A stretch of DNA of 26,862 nt, from IMG/VR virus record IMGVR_UViG_3300004369_000863, positions 1 through 26,862 of that record. One strand, given 5' to 3'. This DNA comes from a virus. Its lineage: Duplodnaviria; Caudoviricetes. This document shows, in pieces, positions 11,736 to 21,326 of the stretch. Within the stretch, counting starts at the first letter, position 1; every line of letters begins with the position of its first letter. The notes under the pieces are model-generated. The model worked only from the letters and a program-made list of their open reading frames with translations. It was not told where the DNA came from and ran no database searches. Position numbers and translations under genes: made by a program.

Positions 11736-13696
11736 TGCGAACGAAGGATTCGGGTTATTTATTCCTCGGGGACGACAACCTGATGCTTGATTTTCCTTAC
11801 GATGCGGCCCAAGTGGCGGGAATAAAAAAAATTAATGGCGCAAAATGGGACAAGGTCGGCAAAGTATGGAAAGTCCCCCTTGCGTCAATAGATGATGTGC
11901 GTGCATTCGCTCAGAGTTATAATTTTGTTATTGACAACCAGGTGTTGAGGTTCGATACCCCCAAAACAAAAAGCTCAAGACGGGTTCAGGTCTTCCACGA
12001 AGGCAAGTATCTCTACCTTGAAGTCCCGTACGACCGTGTGAAGGTACATGCAATCAAACAGATTCCTGGAATTACTTGGGATACGAAGCGCGCCGCCTGG
12101 AGGGCTCCACTTTCATCTATACGGGATGTGATTTCTTGGGGAACACAGTTTGGCGCAACAATGCCGGACGAAATTGAATTAATTGCGAATCAAATGGAAT
12201 CGGATATGCAGGAAGCAATTGAGATGTCTCGGTCGACGGCTGCTGTGGGGGAACTTAAAATACCCGCACTCACTGGAAGTCTTATGGCTTATCAGGAGGC
12301 TGGGGTGGAATACATCGCATCTCACAAAAAATGCTTCATCGCAGACGAGATGGGACTTGGAAAAACAATCCAAGCTATAGCGGGGCTTGAATACATTCCG
12401 AACTCCTACCCAGCAGTAGTTATTTGCCCACCGAATCTTGTTCTTAACTGGAAGTCCGAGTACACCAAATGGCTTCCTAGCCGAAAAATTGTCACCGTGG
12501 CAAACCGATCTGAATTCCCCGAGGAAGAATACGATGTTTTGATTGTCGGTTACAGCAATATCGTTCATTGGTTGCCGAAATTGGTAAACCATCAGTCATA
12601 CGTGTTTGATGAATCGCACTATGTAAAAACACCTACCGCAAAACGAACCAAAGCGGCGATCAAGATGGCAAGGTCAACACCAGATAACGGAAATATATTG
12701 TGTCTCACGGGAACACCCATTACAAACAGGCCAGCCGAATACGCATCGCAACTTGATATTTTGGGCCGAATTGCATTCTTCGGTGGCACATTTGGTTTTT
12801 ATCGTCGCTACTGTGCCGCCTACAAAGACCGATGGGGGCAATGGGTTCTTACTGGGAACTCCCACCTTGATGAATTGAACGAAAAACTTAGATCCAATTG
12901 TTATATTCGTCGCACCAAAGACCAGGTTCTATCCGAACTTGCGCCCGTGCGTCATTCAACCGTAAGAATCAAACTGAGTGATAAGACGATGAGCGAATAC
13001 ACCGCAGCCGAAAACGATTTTGTTAAATATATGGTTTCCGAAGCGAAAAGATATGCCGTTGAACTTAAACAAGATGTTCGCAGTGCTCAAGTCAGGGCCA
13101 AGATCAAAGCCGAATCAAGCATTCACCTTGCAAAACTCTCCGTATTGCGCCGGCTCGTAGCAAAAGCAAAATTAGAAATAGCAAACGAACTAATTTCTGC
13201 TCAGACGGAATCGGGTAACAAGGTTATTGTTGCCGCTCACCACCGAGAAATTGTTGACGCTTTAACAATTGCCAATGGCGGGTTGAAAATTCAAGGAGGA
13301 ATGGATGTCGTATCCGTGGAAAAAACAAAAAAGATCTTTCAGGAAGGATCAGTACTGGAAGCTCCAGCAATTATACTTTCGATTCAGGCAGCGAAAACAG
13401 GGCACACGCTGACCGCCGCACAAGATGTTTTATTTGTGGAGCTCCCGTGGACGCCCGCAGATGTAGATCAGCTTTATTCTCGGTGCCACCGCATCGGCCA
13501 AAAAGGCTCGGTTATGGTCACATATCTGATTGCCGAAAATACAGTTGATGAAAAAATTGAAGCAATGATTAACTCAAAACGAAAAGTTGTCAACAATGCC
13601 ACCGAAGGTGCGGTGACCGACACGGAAAGTTTTCAGGAAGCAGCTTTGGTGCTTGATTTATTGATGCGTGGGTTAGATCAAGATGCCCGAAGTTAG
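11735..13696 (+). CDS. SNF2-family ATPase with two N-terminal HARP-like repeats (SMARCAL1-like annealing helicase)
   Basis: ADEMGLGKT (motif I), DESH (II), LTGTP (III), QLYSRCHRIGQ (VI); two PYD...IK.I.G..WD....W..P repeats; start revised to 11735. Confidence 0.9.
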   Translation: MRTKDSGYLFLGDDNLMLDFPYDAAQVAGIKKINGAKWDKVGKVWKVPLASIDDVRAFAQSYNFVIDNQVLRFDTPKTKSSRRVQVFHEGKYLYLEVPYDRVKVHAIKQIPGITWDTKRAAWRAPLSSIRDVISWGTQFGATMPDEIELIANQMESDMQEAIEMSRSTAAVGELKIPALTGSLMAYQEAGVEYIASHKKCFIADEMGLGKTIQAIAGLEYIPNSYPAVVICPPNLVLNWKSEYTKWLPSRKIVTVANRSEFPEEEYDVLIVGYSNIVHWLPKLVNHQSYVFDESHYVKTPTAKRTKAAIKMARSTPDNGNILCLTGTPITNRPAEYASQLDILGRIAFFGGTFGFYRRYCAAYKDRWGQWVLTGNSHLDELNEKLRSNCYIRRTKDQVLSELAPVRHSTVRIKLSDKTMSEYTAAENDFVKYMVSEAKRYAVELKQDVRSAQVRAKIKAESSIHLAKLSVLRRLVAKAKLEIANELISAQTESGNKVIVAAHHREIVDALTIANGGLKIQGGMDVVSVEKTKKIFQEGSVLEAPAIILSIQAAKTGHTLTAAQDVLFVELPWTPADVDQLYSRCHRIGQKGSVMVTYLIAENTVDEKIEAMINSKRKVVNNATEGAVTDTESFQEAALVLDLLMRGLDQDARS

Positions 13697-14177
13697 TAAG
13701 AAGGCTGCTCCACAGCGGGAAGTCCTTGAGATCGGTCGAATTGGCGGATACGGGGGAATAGAGTACCGACATCGCCTTTCTTGTGGGCATACTGAAGTTA
13801 GAAAGCGAAAAGCCCAAGCAAAATATATTGCTTGCACATTATGCGCGGTTGTAATCATTGCCAAAAAAGAACTTGGCGAACTAGCCACTCAAGAGAAATC
13901 CAAACAAACAATTGTTGGAGATATTGACGTCCTTGGGACTCAGATCAACTCGTCGGAAGATGATATTAATCGGATGACTGCAGATTTGGCTTCCGTGTTT
14001 CAAATACCGAACGAAATGATTTCAATTGCATATGAGAGCGACGAGAATGGCAACCTAGAAGTAATTGGGGCTACGGTTTGGCTTGACAAAGATACAATTA
14101 AGCAGGTTCTTGTGTCTCGTCGTAAATCGGGAGCCGAAGACGAATATCGAATACGCCGTCCTCTGGGGAACCCGTAA
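13683..14177 (+). CDS. Hypothetical protein with possible Zn ribbon
   Basis: LSCGH...CTLC; overlaps the helicase end. Confidence 0.7.
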   Translation: MPEVSKKAAPQREVLEIGRIGGYGGIEYRHRLSCGHTEVRKRKAQAKYIACTLCAVVIIAKKELGELATQEKSKQTIVGDIDVLGTQINSSEDDINRMTADLASVFQIPNEMISIAYESDENGNLEVIGATVWLDKDTIKQVLVSRRKSGAEDEYRIRRPLGNP

Positions 14178-14343
14178 CCTCGAGATTGAAAGCATCAAGT
14201 ATTTCCGCCGCAAAGTCGGTTAGGTCTTTATTGAGCTCAATTAACTCGGCCGTGGTTGTTTTCCCGTCGTCCATAAGATCCATAAATTCTTCTTTTAGTG
14301 CTTCCAAAATTACCAAACGAGCCACGGCTGGGTCAAAAATCAT
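14098..14343 (-). CDS. Small acidic hypothetical protein (81 aa)
   Basis: TAATCT-6 nt-ATG; natural helical composition; 80-nt convergent overlap with 13683..14177. Confidence 0.65.
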   Translation of the reverse strand: MIFDPAVARLVILEALKEEFMDLMDDGKTTTAELIELNKDLTDFAAEILDAFNLEVTGSPEDGVFDIRLRLPIYDETQEPA

Positions 14344-14441
14344 ACGCTCAGATTAGTACATTTCTGGTTGTAGTTGTGGACGATGGCACACTAGGCTAGG
14401 CTGGACCAACCAAGTAAATACCTACCAAAGAAAGAGCAACC

Positions 14442-14954
14442 ATGAACAACAACCTAAGCGTGACAGGAAATCTTGTTGCGGATCCAGAAATTAAGTACTT
14501 TGATTCAGGAACAGTTAAGACAACCTTTTCAATTGCGGTAACCCGCAACTGGACAGATGCCAACGGCGAAAAGCAAGAGCAAACCAGTTTCTTTGATATA
14601 ACCGCATGGCGTTACGCCGCAGAAGATGCTGCTCGGACGCTCATGAAGGGCTCACGAGTGACCATAACTGGTCGAATGGAGCAACAAACATGGGAAGACA
14701 AGGAATCGGGATCCAAGCGCTCAAAAGTCATTATTGTGGCTGACGAAATCGCAGTGGCTTGTTCCCAGATTGAGTCCTATGAGCGCCGTAAACGCGAGGA
14801 TAAGGGTCAGCCCGCACAGCAAGGCCAATCTCGTTCAAACAATCAGCAGGTGACATCCAGGGCCCCAGCAAGAGGCAATCAGGGCAGACCTACGGCCAGT
14901 GTCGGATCCCGCTCGGTAACCCAAACCGTCCCCGAGGATGAAGAACCCTTCTAG
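14442..14954 (+). CDS. ssb: Single-stranded DNA-binding protein
   Basis: GNLVADPE...F.IAV...W...AE...KG.RV...GR OB fold; Q/G-rich tail ending DEEPF. Confidence 0.95.
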   Translation: MNNNLSVTGNLVADPEIKYFDSGTVKTTFSIAVTRNWTDANGEKQEQTSFFDITAWRYAAEDAARTLMKGSRVTITGRMEQQTWEDKESGSKRSKVIIVADEIAVACSQIESYERRKREDKGQPAQQGQSRSNNQQVTSRAPARGNQGRPTASVGSRSVTQTVPEDEEPF

Positions 14955-15014
14955 GCAATACTGAACAACTTCCGTTAAGCCGGCACGAGATACCGATACG
15001 GGATTTTCAGTAAT

Positions 15015-15143
15015 TTATTTTAGGATTTTAAGCCCACCACGAAGCGCTAAAATCTCAACATCCAGTCGAGTAATTTGTTGACCCAATTGAGCGATTAATT
15101 TGTCGCAAAGATCTAATTGTTTTGTCAGTTGAGATATCGTCAT
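15015..15143 (-). CDS. Possible 42-aa coiled-coil peptide
   Basis: MTISQLTKQLDLCDKLIAQLGQQITRLDVEILALRGGLKILK; heptad L/I pattern; fills an otherwise empty gap. Confidence 0.45.
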   Translation of the reverse strand: MTISQLTKQLDLCDKLIAQLGQQITRLDVEILALRGGLKILK

Positions 15144-15225
15144 ATCTTTTATTTCAGGGGGAGAACTCATAACCAGAATGATAGTAGAAATACTTCTCAG
15201 AATTATGATAGATTAGGGAAACATC

Positions 15226-16044
15226 ATGTATCCACTTCGCGTACTCTCCCTAGGTGCTGGTGTGCAATCAACAGCCGTGCTTTTAATGATGGTTCACGGC
15301 GAGATCCCCAAAGCCGACCATGTTATTTTTGCTGACACTGGATGGGAACCAGCTGCGGTTTACAAGCATTTAGAAAAACTGGAAGTGTTGATGCAAGAAA
15401 ACAACATTCCGTTCCATAAAATTACAGCTGGCAATATCAGGGCTGACTTTCTTGCAGATGACTCAAAGTTCGCAACGATGCCGTTCTATGTCAAAAACGC
15501 TGACGGGAAGAAATCTATGCTTCGTCGGCAATGCACCAGTACGTACAAGATCAAGCCTTTGAATAAACTACAAAGAGAACTTGCCGGCTTGAAGCCAATG
15601 CAACGATGTAAAGAACATCGGATCACCACCGTTATCGGAATCAGTTACGACGAGTCTCAACGCATGCGTGACGCTGCATTCCCGTGGATGCGCAATGATT
15701 ACCCATTAGTTGATAGCAAAATTACTCGCCAAGATTGTATTGACTGGTGTGTAAAACACGGTTACGACAAACCACCTCGTTCAGCATGTATTGGTTGTCC
15801 GTTCAAGCGCAACGATGAATGGCGAGAGCTCCAGAACAACCCAGAAGAATGGCAAGATGCGGTCGAGTTTGATAAAGCCTTGCGCGAGAACAAAAGAATC
15901 ACAAACCGTTTTGGTTGGGCTGGCCTACACGGGAGCATGATGGCGCTAGAGGATATTGATTTCAGAAACGAAAAAGAAAAAGGTGTGTTAAGTCTCTTTG
16001 ATGATGGCTTCTCGCAGGAATGTGAAGGAATGTGCGGCATATAA
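15226..16044 (+). CDS. PAPS-reductase-like / adenine nucleotide alpha-hydrolase fold protein
   Basis: VLSLGAGVQS PP-loop variant, FADTGWE, GISYDE, SACIGCPF and terminal ECEGMCG. Confidence 0.8.
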   Translation: MYPLRVLSLGAGVQSTAVLLMMVHGEIPKADHVIFADTGWEPAAVYKHLEKLEVLMQENNIPFHKITAGNIRADFLADDSKFATMPFYVKNADGKKSMLRRQCTSTYKIKPLNKLQRELAGLKPMQRCKEHRITTVIGISYDESQRMRDAAFPWMRNDYPLVDSKITRQDCIDWCVKHGYDKPPRSACIGCPFKRNDEWRELQNNPEEWQDAVEFDKALRENKRITNRFGWAGLHGSMMALEDIDFRNEKEKGVLSLFDDGFSQECEGMCGI

Positions 16045-16499
16045 CCGAGCTCAAATGCACGATGCTCGGCGGGTTCTCCGCAGGGAAGACAACCATTCCT
16101 GACTATCAGGGTCATTTACTGATTAACGGCACAGTAGGCGTGAAGGTTCGATCAAGGCGTCAATTAAAGAATTGGCTAACATCTTTCGCTAAAAACTTGG
16201 AGTTTTCGGCAATAAAAGTCCATACACGTGCCATACACCTTGATGGTTACCGGGGGCTTATGGCTGTTCTTACGGCAGACAACGGGAACATGACGATCCG
16301 TGTGCAGACAGATGTGGTCCCCCATGAGATAAAATTTGATTTGATGTTTTTATCAATGATAAATATGGATCAGGCGCTACTTGACTGCGTGGAGGACTTT
16401 AATCTTGCATCATTGGACTGGTTGCTGCTTGACCGAAACGATGAAATATCTATCGTGGACGAACAGGAGAGGTTCAGTTCAATCCAAATACAGAAATAA
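16032..16499 (+). CDS. Divergent S-adenosylmethionine decarboxylase (SpeD)-like protein, catalytic residues apparently missing
   Basis: HLLI...L.NWL...G.RGL.AV......M.I.V...V.P..I.FDL pattern as in phage SpeD, but no (E/T)SH cleavage site and no YxC; start uncertain. Confidence 0.55.
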   Translation: MRHITELKCTMLGGFSAGKTTIPDYQGHLLINGTVGVKVRSRRQLKNWLTSFAKNLEFSAIKVHTRAIHLDGYRGLMAVLTADNGNMTIRVQTDVVPHEIKFDLMFLSMINMDQALLDCVEDFNLASLDWLLLDRNDEISIVDEQERFSSIQIQK

Positions 16500-16509
16500 A
16501 CAATGATTT

Positions 16510-16830
16510 ATGTCAAATAACCATATTCCGTTCCACGACAACCGCTATTTGTATGGAGACATTGAGGTATTGCGTGCAGTTGATGGCCCGTGCCCAGTCT
16601 GTGGACATCCAACAGGCAATTGTGTGGGGAATAATGAAAAGCCCGACCACATCATTGGGGAAAACTTCCAATCGGAATCATTGAAAAATGACAAAATGAT
16701 TCTAGTCGAAACAGACATCTACGAAACACGCCCAGTCTCACCTTTTACAAGTACGAATGTTCTAATTCACCGGGCTGGAACGTACGTGACTTTGGAACGC
16801 GCAAAAGAATTAAATATTCTTAAAACTTGA
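16510..16830 (+). CDS. Hypothetical protein with CPVCGHPTGNC motif
   Basis: Clean ORF in an operon upstream of the RNR. Confidence 0.75.
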   Translation: MSNNHIPFHDNRYLYGDIEVLRAVDGPCPVCGHPTGNCVGNNEKPDHIIGENFQSESLKNDKMILVETDIYETRPVSPFTSTNVLIHRAGTYVTLERAKELNILKT

Positions 16831-16889
16831 CAGGCAGAGATGCTCTGCATCTTCTAAACTAGTGAATCACAAAAGCAAAAGGAGCTTTG

Positions 16890-18815
16890 ATGTCTAGTTT
16901 AAGTCAGTCATTCCTGGAGTCGTACAACAGCAAAACTCCACCTTGGGGATTTAGTGGGCTCGGCGAGGTTGTATACCTTCGCACATATAGCAGAAAGAAA
17001 GACGATGGCACGATTGAGTCGTGGCCAGAGACAACTCTTCGGGTGATTGATGGGGCAGCGGCTATCGGTGTTGATTTTTCGCAAGAAGAAGCCGAAAAAC
17101 TTTTTGACCATATGTTTAATCTGAGATGTACTGTCGCTGGTCGTATGTTGTGGCAATTGGGGACACCGATAGTCCAAAAGTTCAACGGCGCATCAATGAA
17201 TAATTGTTACTACACAAACATTGAAAAGATTGAAGACTTTGAATTGTTATTTGACTACCTAATGCTTGGTGGTGGTGTTGGTTTCTCCGTAGAGCGAGCA
17301 AAGATTCACGAATTACCGAAAGTAAAAGTCGGTGTATCAATCACCCACGAGCGCTCTAATGACGCCGACATTATCGTTCCAGACAGCCGACAGGGATGGC
17401 GCCGACTCCTACACAGCACGCTTAAATCATTTTTTGAAACCGGCCGTAGCTTCACATACTCAACCATTCTTGTCCGAGAGTACGGCGCTGAACTTAAAAC
17501 ATTTGGTGGAACCGCATCAGGACCAGGAGCACTCATTGAGGGGATAAAAGATATTTGTGAAGTAATGCAAAATCGAGAAGGCAAGAAGCTTCGCTCTATC
17601 GATGTGCTTGATATTTGCAACATCATCGGACGCATTGTTGTCTCGGGTTCGTCGCGCCGCTCGGCACAGATCGCCATCGGAGATCCAGACGATATTCTGT
17701 TTATTCGCGCAAAGAACTGGTCTTCTGGGAATGTCCCAGCGTGGAGAGCGAACTCAAACAACTCAATCTACGCAGACCACTACGAAGAGATTATGCCAGA
17801 GCTATGGAGGGGCTACGACGGCTCTGGAGAGCCCTACGGGCTTGTTAATAGGCGTCTCGCGCGCACGTACGGGCGCCTAGGCGAGAAGCATCCAGATCCA
17901 TCAATTGAGGGTTTTAACCCGTGTGCAGAGATTGCTCTGGCCGATGGCGAGTCATGCAACCTTGCCACAATCTTCTTGCCAAATGTGGATTCGTTGGAGC
18001 AGATGATTGAGATCTCAACACTGTTGTACAAGATTCAAAAAAGAATTACGCAAATGTCTTACCCGTACGAGAAGACAACTGAGATCGTGAGAAAGAATAC
18101 TCGCCTCGGACAAAGCGTTACTGGCATACTTCAAGTTGACGCTGAAAAGATTTCGTGGTTACCAAAGGTTTATGAGCACTTATCGGAATACGACAAGCAG
18201 TATTCCAAGACGAATGGTTTACCAACATCTATCCGTCTGACAACCGTGCAGCCCTCGGGAACACTGTCTTTGCTCCCTGGTGTAACGCCAGGTATTCACC
18301 CAGCTTTTGCTCAGTATTATATTCGACGCGTGCGTTTCGGTTCAGCTGATCCACTTATCGACGCCCTGCGTAAGCGTGGATACAAAATTGTCTGGGACAT
18401 TGGTCTTGATGGACGAGAGGATCACACCCGTGCGGTTGTGGAGTTCCCCTGTAAGTCTCCAGAAACGGCCGTACTCGCCAGCAGTATGACCGCAGTTGAG
18501 CAACTTGAATGGGTAAAGAGAATGCAAACGGAATGGGCGGACAACGCCGTCTCCGTGACTGTGTACTATCGCAAAGATGAACTTCAATCAATCAAGGACT
18601 GGCTAGCAAAGAACTATGACAATTCCATCAAGTCGGTTTCGTTCTTGCTGCACTCAGAGCACAATTTTCCACTCCCTCCGTACGAAGAAATCACTTCTGA
18701 TGTGTATGAAAAATTACTCAGCAAAATAGATTTTAGTGTTTCACTGACCCGTACGGCGTTTGGTGGCGATCTCTCATTGGATGATTGTTCAACGGGGGCC
18801 TGCCCCATCAAGTAG
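16890..18815 (+). CDS. nrdJ: Class II (adenosylcobalamin-dependent) ribonucleotide reductase, monomeric RTPR type
   Basis: NNC, GGGVGFS, RRSAQIA, NPCAEI (thiyl Cys), PSGTLSLL and C-terminal CSTGACPIK; AAGGAG SD. Confidence 0.95.
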   Translation: MSSLSQSFLESYNSKTPPWGFSGLGEVVYLRTYSRKKDDGTIESWPETTLRVIDGAAAIGVDFSQEEAEKLFDHMFNLRCTVAGRMLWQLGTPIVQKFNGASMNNCYYTNIEKIEDFELLFDYLMLGGGVGFSVERAKIHELPKVKVGVSITHERSNDADIIVPDSRQGWRRLLHSTLKSFFETGRSFTYSTILVREYGAELKTFGGTASGPGALIEGIKDICEVMQNREGKKLRSIDVLDICNIIGRIVVSGSSRRSAQIAIGDPDDILFIRAKNWSSGNVPAWRANSNNSIYADHYEEIMPELWRGYDGSGEPYGLVNRRLARTYGRLGEKHPDPSIEGFNPCAEIALADGESCNLATIFLPNVDSLEQMIEISTLLYKIQKRITQMSYPYEKTTEIVRKNTRLGQSVTGILQVDAEKISWLPKVYEHLSEYDKQYSKTNGLPTSIRLTTVQPSGTLSLLPGVTPGIHPAFAQYYIRRVRFGSADPLIDALRKRGYKIVWDIGLDGREDHTRAVVEFPCKSPETAVLASSMTAVEQLEWVKRMQTEWADNAVSVTVYYRKDELQSIKDWLAKNYDNSIKSVSFLLHSEHNFPLPPYEEITSDVYEKLLSKIDFSVSLTRTAFGGDLSLDDCSTGACPIK

Positions 18816-18826
18816 GATTTGATGCC

Positions 18827-19081
18827 ATGGAGCAAAAGGAAAAGAAAACAAAAAAGAAAGCCAGCCTTCCAACAACAGCGATGATTGCTTTTGTCGGCGG
18901 CCGGTACGACAAACAAACTCTTCGGATGGTTCACCCCACTCCACAATTTATTGTTTTAGGTAAGGGAACCGAGTTATACGCTCGCATTGATCCAGTAGGA
19001 ATTGTTGATGCAACTTATCAATTCACCAACGACTGGGAAGGGTATAAAGAATATCGAGACAAAGTAAATAAGGTAGTTTAA
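18827..19081 (+). CDS. Hypothetical protein (84 aa)
   Basis: ATG 18827 just downstream of nrdJ; FVGGRYD motif. Confidence 0.65.
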   Translation: MEQKEKKTKKKASLPTTAMIAFVGGRYDKQTLRMVHPTPQFIVLGKGTELYARIDPVGIVDATYQFTNDWEGYKEYRDKVNKVV

Positions 19082-19132
19082 TCAGACATACCTTAGGTCT
19101 GTAACGCCTACACCGAGGGGGCTGGTGTGGAA

Positions 19133-20128
19133 TTAATCTTCGTCATCTGCGGACAGAGTACCTGGACGGTTCGCCCAATCGTAAACAGGCGCAGAGGTGA
19201 CTTTTGGAAAAACTGAACCGATGGTCGTACCCCAAGGCTTAAGAGAAAGCAATGGACGACCCTCGACGTACGCATTGAACGCACGCAAAATGGTTCCCGC
19301 TTCTCGGTAGTTGCGAGCGTTCTGCCCGTGACTCGTACCAGTCTTGAGCATGAATGAACGAAGAGCAAGTCGTGGATCACCTTCGTACAGCCCAACGCCC
19401 TTGGCGGTCTCTTCAACAAACTTTTCAACCAGTCGCTTGTTGCGTTCACGCGCGGCAATGATGGCAAACATCGCCCAAGCGGATTTGATCCCGCCTACGC
19501 CAGTTGCTCCCTTGATGCCCATACTGAGGGCCCATTGAACGAGTTCTTCGTTCTCCTGTACGAAAGCAACCAAATCTTCTCCTGTTACGAGAATCATGGT
19601 GCCATGTTGAAGCGGATTCAGCCCTGCATCTACCGCAATAATTGGGCGCACAAGTGCTCCAACTGTTGTTCCGTTGGCTGTGCCAATGACGCCAAGAAGA
19701 TCGCCGTTGGTTCGGGACACTCCACGATCAATGACGGTGAATACGCCGTAGTCAAGATTGGTGAAAAGCATTGTCTCAAATGAAACATTTGCTTCGACAC
19801 AAGCAAGCAATCGGTGCTGCCCATCAACAATGACTTGTTCTCCATTTTCTTTTCGTGCAACACGAATTGCGTCACCAGTGAACTGCCACTGACCACGAGC
19901 CATTGATCGCCCGTATGCCAAAACACGTTCTTTTTTGACTCGACGATTATTTGTGTTGATCGCCAAAAGTTCTTTGGCAATTTCTGGTGTCATTAAGACA
20001 CGCATTCCGTTGCTGGCGGCGGTCAACAAATTATTGAAGTTTGCACTTCGTTTTGTTGTGACTGCTCCTGCAGTTTCGACAGAGACCTTTTTGTTCCCTG
20101 TCGCTTTCTTCTTCAGTGGGACCTTCAT
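19133..20128 (-). CDS. DGQHR-motif (ParB/Srx/DndB-like N-terminal domain) phage protein
   Basis: NNRRV...Y.RSM..G.W.FTGD.I...IVDGQHRLLAC; start revised to ATG 20128 with GAGGAA SD. Confidence 0.8.
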   Translation of the reverse strand: MKVPLKKKATGNKKVSVETAGAVTTKRSANFNNLLTAASNGMRVLMTPEIAKELLAINTNNRRVKKERVLAYGRSMARGQWQFTGDAIRVARKENGEQVIVDGQHRLLACVEANVSFETMLFTNLDYGVFTVIDRGVSRTNGDLLGVIGTANGTTVGALVRPIIAVDAGLNPLQHGTMILVTGEDLVAFVQENEELVQWALSMGIKGATGVGGIKSAWAMFAIIAARERNKRLVEKFVEETAKGVGLYEGDPRLALRSFMLKTGTSHGQNARNYREAGTILRAFNAYVEGRPLLSLKPWGTTIGSVFPKVTSAPVYDWANRPGTLSADDED

Positions 20129-20302
20129 GACTTTCCTCATTCCTATGTTAAGTGTTAGTTGTATGCCATTGATAAATGACAGTGAGTAGATAGTAGCGAC
20201 ACAATAATCAAAAAGCAACAGTTGTTATAAAAATCTTTCAAGCCTTAGTTCTAGGCTCTTTGTCGTCCTTCGTCTAATGAAAATAGAGACTATCCTTGGT
20301 CT

Positions 20303-21322
20303 ATGGGTCACGAATTAGAGGTAAACAAAGATGGTGTAGCCAGGTTCTCGCATAGGGACACTGGTACGGCTCCGTGGCACCGTCTGGGAGTAAAAGTAAA
20401 TGGATTACAAACGGCTGAGAAGATGCTTGAAGTTGCGCAAGCAGACTATGACGTAATCATCACCCGTGTTGCTGCCGTAGATGACGAAGGCAAAATTATA
20501 ACTAACGAAGATGGGTTACCCCTAATTATTCCGGATTCCCGCGCAACGGTACGCCAGAACCCAGATGGAACATTTGATCCACTATCCACCGTTGGCACAC
20601 GCTACGAAGTTCGCCAGAACAGAGAAGTGTTGGAACGAGCCATGGCTGTTGTCGGTGCGTCAAAGGGTGACGCAGTTATGGACACAGTTGGAGTTTTGCG
20701 TGGAGGTCGTAGATTTTTTGCAACAATCGAACTTGGCTCATTAGTGATAGATCCGATGGGGGTTAGCGACAAAATTGGCAGGTATCTCGTTGTGTCGTCT
20801 GGGCACGACGGCATTTGGCCTATTAGGTACGCAAACACGGATGTCAGAGCAGTGTGTAATAACACGGTCATGCTGGGCATCCAGGGCGCCGAACGAGTCT
20901 TTACCGCTCGCCACACACGCAATGTTGATACCGCACTAGATGACGCCCGTGAGGTTCTCCGTATCTCAACGGAATGGGGGCGCAAATTCCAGATAGAAGC
21001 CGAAAAAATGATGCTGGTGAAATATCCGATTGGATCAAGGCGAATAGATCAAGTGTTGGAAAAAGTTTTCCCTGACCAAGCCGATACTGGGCGCCAACGT
21101 AAAAACAAAGAAGAGATGATGGGCCTGATCAAAAGCATTTACAATAATTCCAAGAATGCCGGAATGTGTGGATATAACGGATGGGCGCTATATAATGCAA
21201 TTGTCGAATACCTTGATCACTTCCGTGGGACATCTCCAAACGAGCGTGCGCTTGCGTCCATGGATGAAGCATCATCTGTAACCCAAAAAAAACTCATTGC
21301 ACAAAAAGTCGTGCTATTCTAG
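20303..21322 (+). CDS. DUF932/DUF945 family phage/plasmid protein (TIGR03299-like)
   Basis: MGHEL...PWHRLG, Y...QN.E, GHDG, VRAVCNNT, RHT and GWALYNAIVEY.DH. Confidence 0.85.
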   Translation: MGHELEVNKDGVARFSHRDTGTAPWHRLGVKVNGLQTAEKMLEVAQADYDVIITRVAAVDDEGKIITNEDGLPLIIPDSRATVRQNPDGTFDPLSTVGTRYEVRQNREVLERAMAVVGASKGDAVMDTVGVLRGGRRFFATIELGSLVIDPMGVSDKIGRYLVVSSGHDGIWPIRYANTDVRAVCNNTVMLGIQGAERVFTARHTRNVDTALDDAREVLRISTEWGRKFQIEAEKMMLVKYPIGSRRIDQVLEKVFPDQADTGRQRKNKEEMMGLIKSIYNNSKNAGMCGYNGWALYNAIVEYLDHFRGTSPNERALASMDEASSVTQKKLIAQKVVLF

Positions 21323-21326
21323 GTGT

